Positions 6,166 through 7,199 of a DNA stretch of 7,199 bases are shown piece after piece. The notes beneath the pieces are model-generated. The model was not told the DNA's origin. It worked only from the letters and a program-made list of their open reading frames with translations, and made no database searches. The stretch comes from Promethearchaeia archaeon. GTDB lineage: Archaea > Asgardarchaeota > Lokiarchaeia > Sigyniarchaeales > SOKP01. A program made the position numbers and the translations under genes. How positions within the stretch are numbered: position 1 is the first letter of the stretch; the number at the start of each line of letters is the position of its first letter. The stretch lies in the NCBI GenBank assembly GCA_046497275.1, contig JAWOFX010000101.1, positions 1 to 7,199 of the forward strand, read 5' to 3'.

Positions 6166-6266
6166 GATATTTTAATTATTTAAAAATAATTCAACACAGA
6201 TTTTTTCTTTTATAAAAACGGGTTAAATTTTGTATTTAAAATAGTTATTTGAGAGAGGCATATAAT

Positions 6267-6617
6267 ATGATAGAATATGGAAAAGAAATCAAAAATAGAA
6301 TGAAATTAGAATATATTCCCAACAAATTTTTATCTATTCAAATTACTCCAGAAAGCTTATGGAACAAGCAACAAGAAATCGTTAAGATATGGAAAAATTT
6401 TATAACTAAGGATGAAAGTGATTTCCTTGTTTTATTAGAAAACATAGGAGTTGATTCTAAAAGCTTAATAACCAGACAGTGCCATATCTGCGGAAAAGAA
6501 ATTCGTTTTAGTGAATTTTTTAAGATCAACTCTCCCTTAGGAATCGGAAAGAGTATAAATATTTGGCAAAATGAGAATATAAACTTTTATTGTATGAACT
6601 GTGGAAAATCTAATTAA
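6267..6617 (+). CDS. Hypothetical protein with a C-terminal C4 zinc-binding motif (CxxC-x33-CxxC)
   Basis: The ATG at 6267 is preceded by GAGAGG and by TATTTAAAA about 25 nt upstream; the track's TTG at 6249 is less likely. 116 aa, with CHIC at 6480 and CMNC at 6591, and three tandem TAA stops at 6615-6623. Confidence 0.75.
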   Translation: MIEYGKEIKNRMKLEYIPNKFLSIQITPESLWNKQQEIVKIWKNFITKDESDFLVLLENIGVDSKSLITRQCHICGKEIRFSEFFKINSPLGIGKSINIWQNENINFYCMNCGKSN

Positions 6618-6645
6618 TAATAATGGATTAAAAATAAAATCCCTA

Positions 6646-7128
6646 TTAAATATTCTGAATGAAGTTTTCAAGAAGACTCAAAACTTTATCTAACACTCTC
6701 TTTTTAAATGTAAGGCGACCTGCATCAATTAAATATTTATCAACTTTTGTTTCCTGAGGAGAGGAAAAACCAATATAGACCAACCCAACAGGCTTCTCTG
6801 GAGTTCCTCCGTTTGGACCTGCGATTCCAGTGATCCCGATTCCAACATCAACTTTGGCTTGAGTGCGTATATTTTCACATAATTTTTGAGCAACAGGTTC
6901 AGAAACCGCGCCAAATTTTTCAATTAGAGTTCCATCAACGTTTAATAATTCCATTTTAGCGTCATTGCTATAACACACAATCCCTCGTTCAAACACTTTT
7001 GAAGACCCAGATATATTCGTAATCATATGACAGATGTAACCTCCTGTACATGATTCTGCGAACGCTATCATCTTTCCGTGTTTGGTATAAAGATCTAAAA
7101 TTTTCTCTATTCTTTCTAAAACTTCCAT
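6646..7128 (-). CDS. pncC: CinA C-terminal domain protein, nicotinamide mononucleotide (NMN) deamidase, stand-alone
   Basis: 160 aa with AFAESCTGG (catalytic Ser), SGSSKVF.RG.V.YSNDAK (catalytic Lys), GAVSEPVA and GITGIAGPNGGTPEKPVGLVYIG. An SD-like AGGTAAT lies upstream (7134-7140). Confidence 0.94.
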   Translation of the reverse strand: MEVLERIEKILDLYTKHGKMIAFAESCTGGYICHMITNISGSSKVFERGIVCYSNDAKMELLNVDGTLIEKFGAVSEPVAQKLCENIRTQAKVDVGIGITGIAGPNGGTPEKPVGLVYIGFSSPQETKVDKYLIDAGRLTFKKRVLDKVLSLLENFIQNI

Positions 7129-7199
7129 TTTGATTACCTAAGAGTATATTTGAAATTAACTTCTTTTGAACCCAACTAAAGATTTAAAACCTTTCATTT

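Noticed and set aside
6338-6529. 63-aa minus-strand ORF
   Set aside because: Antisense shadow of the zinc protein, which has start signals and a Cys motif.
6729-6923. 64-aa alternate-frame ORF
   Set aside because: Nested within pncC.
7156-7197. Short minus-strand frame MKGFKSLVGFKRS* at the right edge
   Set aside because: It could be the tail of an upstream gene or simply the pncC promoter region; this cannot be decided without flanking sequence.
1-7199. tRNA/rRNA, CRISPR arrays, IS elements or prophage genes
   Set aside because: I saw no GC-rich structured RNA segments, regularly spaced repeats, terminal inverted repeats, transposase or integrase motifs.

Overview
AT-rich window (roughly 30% GC by eye) with archaeal gene content and signals (BRE/TATA promoters, oligo-T terminators, deoxyhypusine synthase). 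It probably comes from an Asgard (Lokiarchaeia-like) genome; this is inferred from a PFG-type C-terminal sorting tail and a small C4 zinc protein, not proven. Left to right: the 3' part of an agmatinase-family ureohydrolase (+, truncated at the window edge) followed 17 bp later by a deoxyhypusine-synthase-family gene (+) with non-eukaryotic active-site motifs; a convergent Hsp20 (-); a secreted, C-terminally anchored CBM9/DOMON-like glycoprotein (-); a GPH/MelB-type MFS transporter (-) whose real start appears to be a non-AUG codon about 90 bp upstream of the first ATG; a divergent L-fucose/L-arabinose isomerase-like gene (+) sharing a nearly mirror-symmetric bidirectional promoter with the transporter; a small CxxC-x33-CxxC zinc protein (+); and a stand-alone CinA-C/PncC NMN deamidase (-). 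I see no rRNA, tRNA, CRISPR array or mobile element. The best leads are the agmatinase plus atypical DHS pair, the non-AUG start and symmetric promoter of the sugar transporter/isomerase pair, the PFGN-tailed surface protein and the orphan zinc protein.
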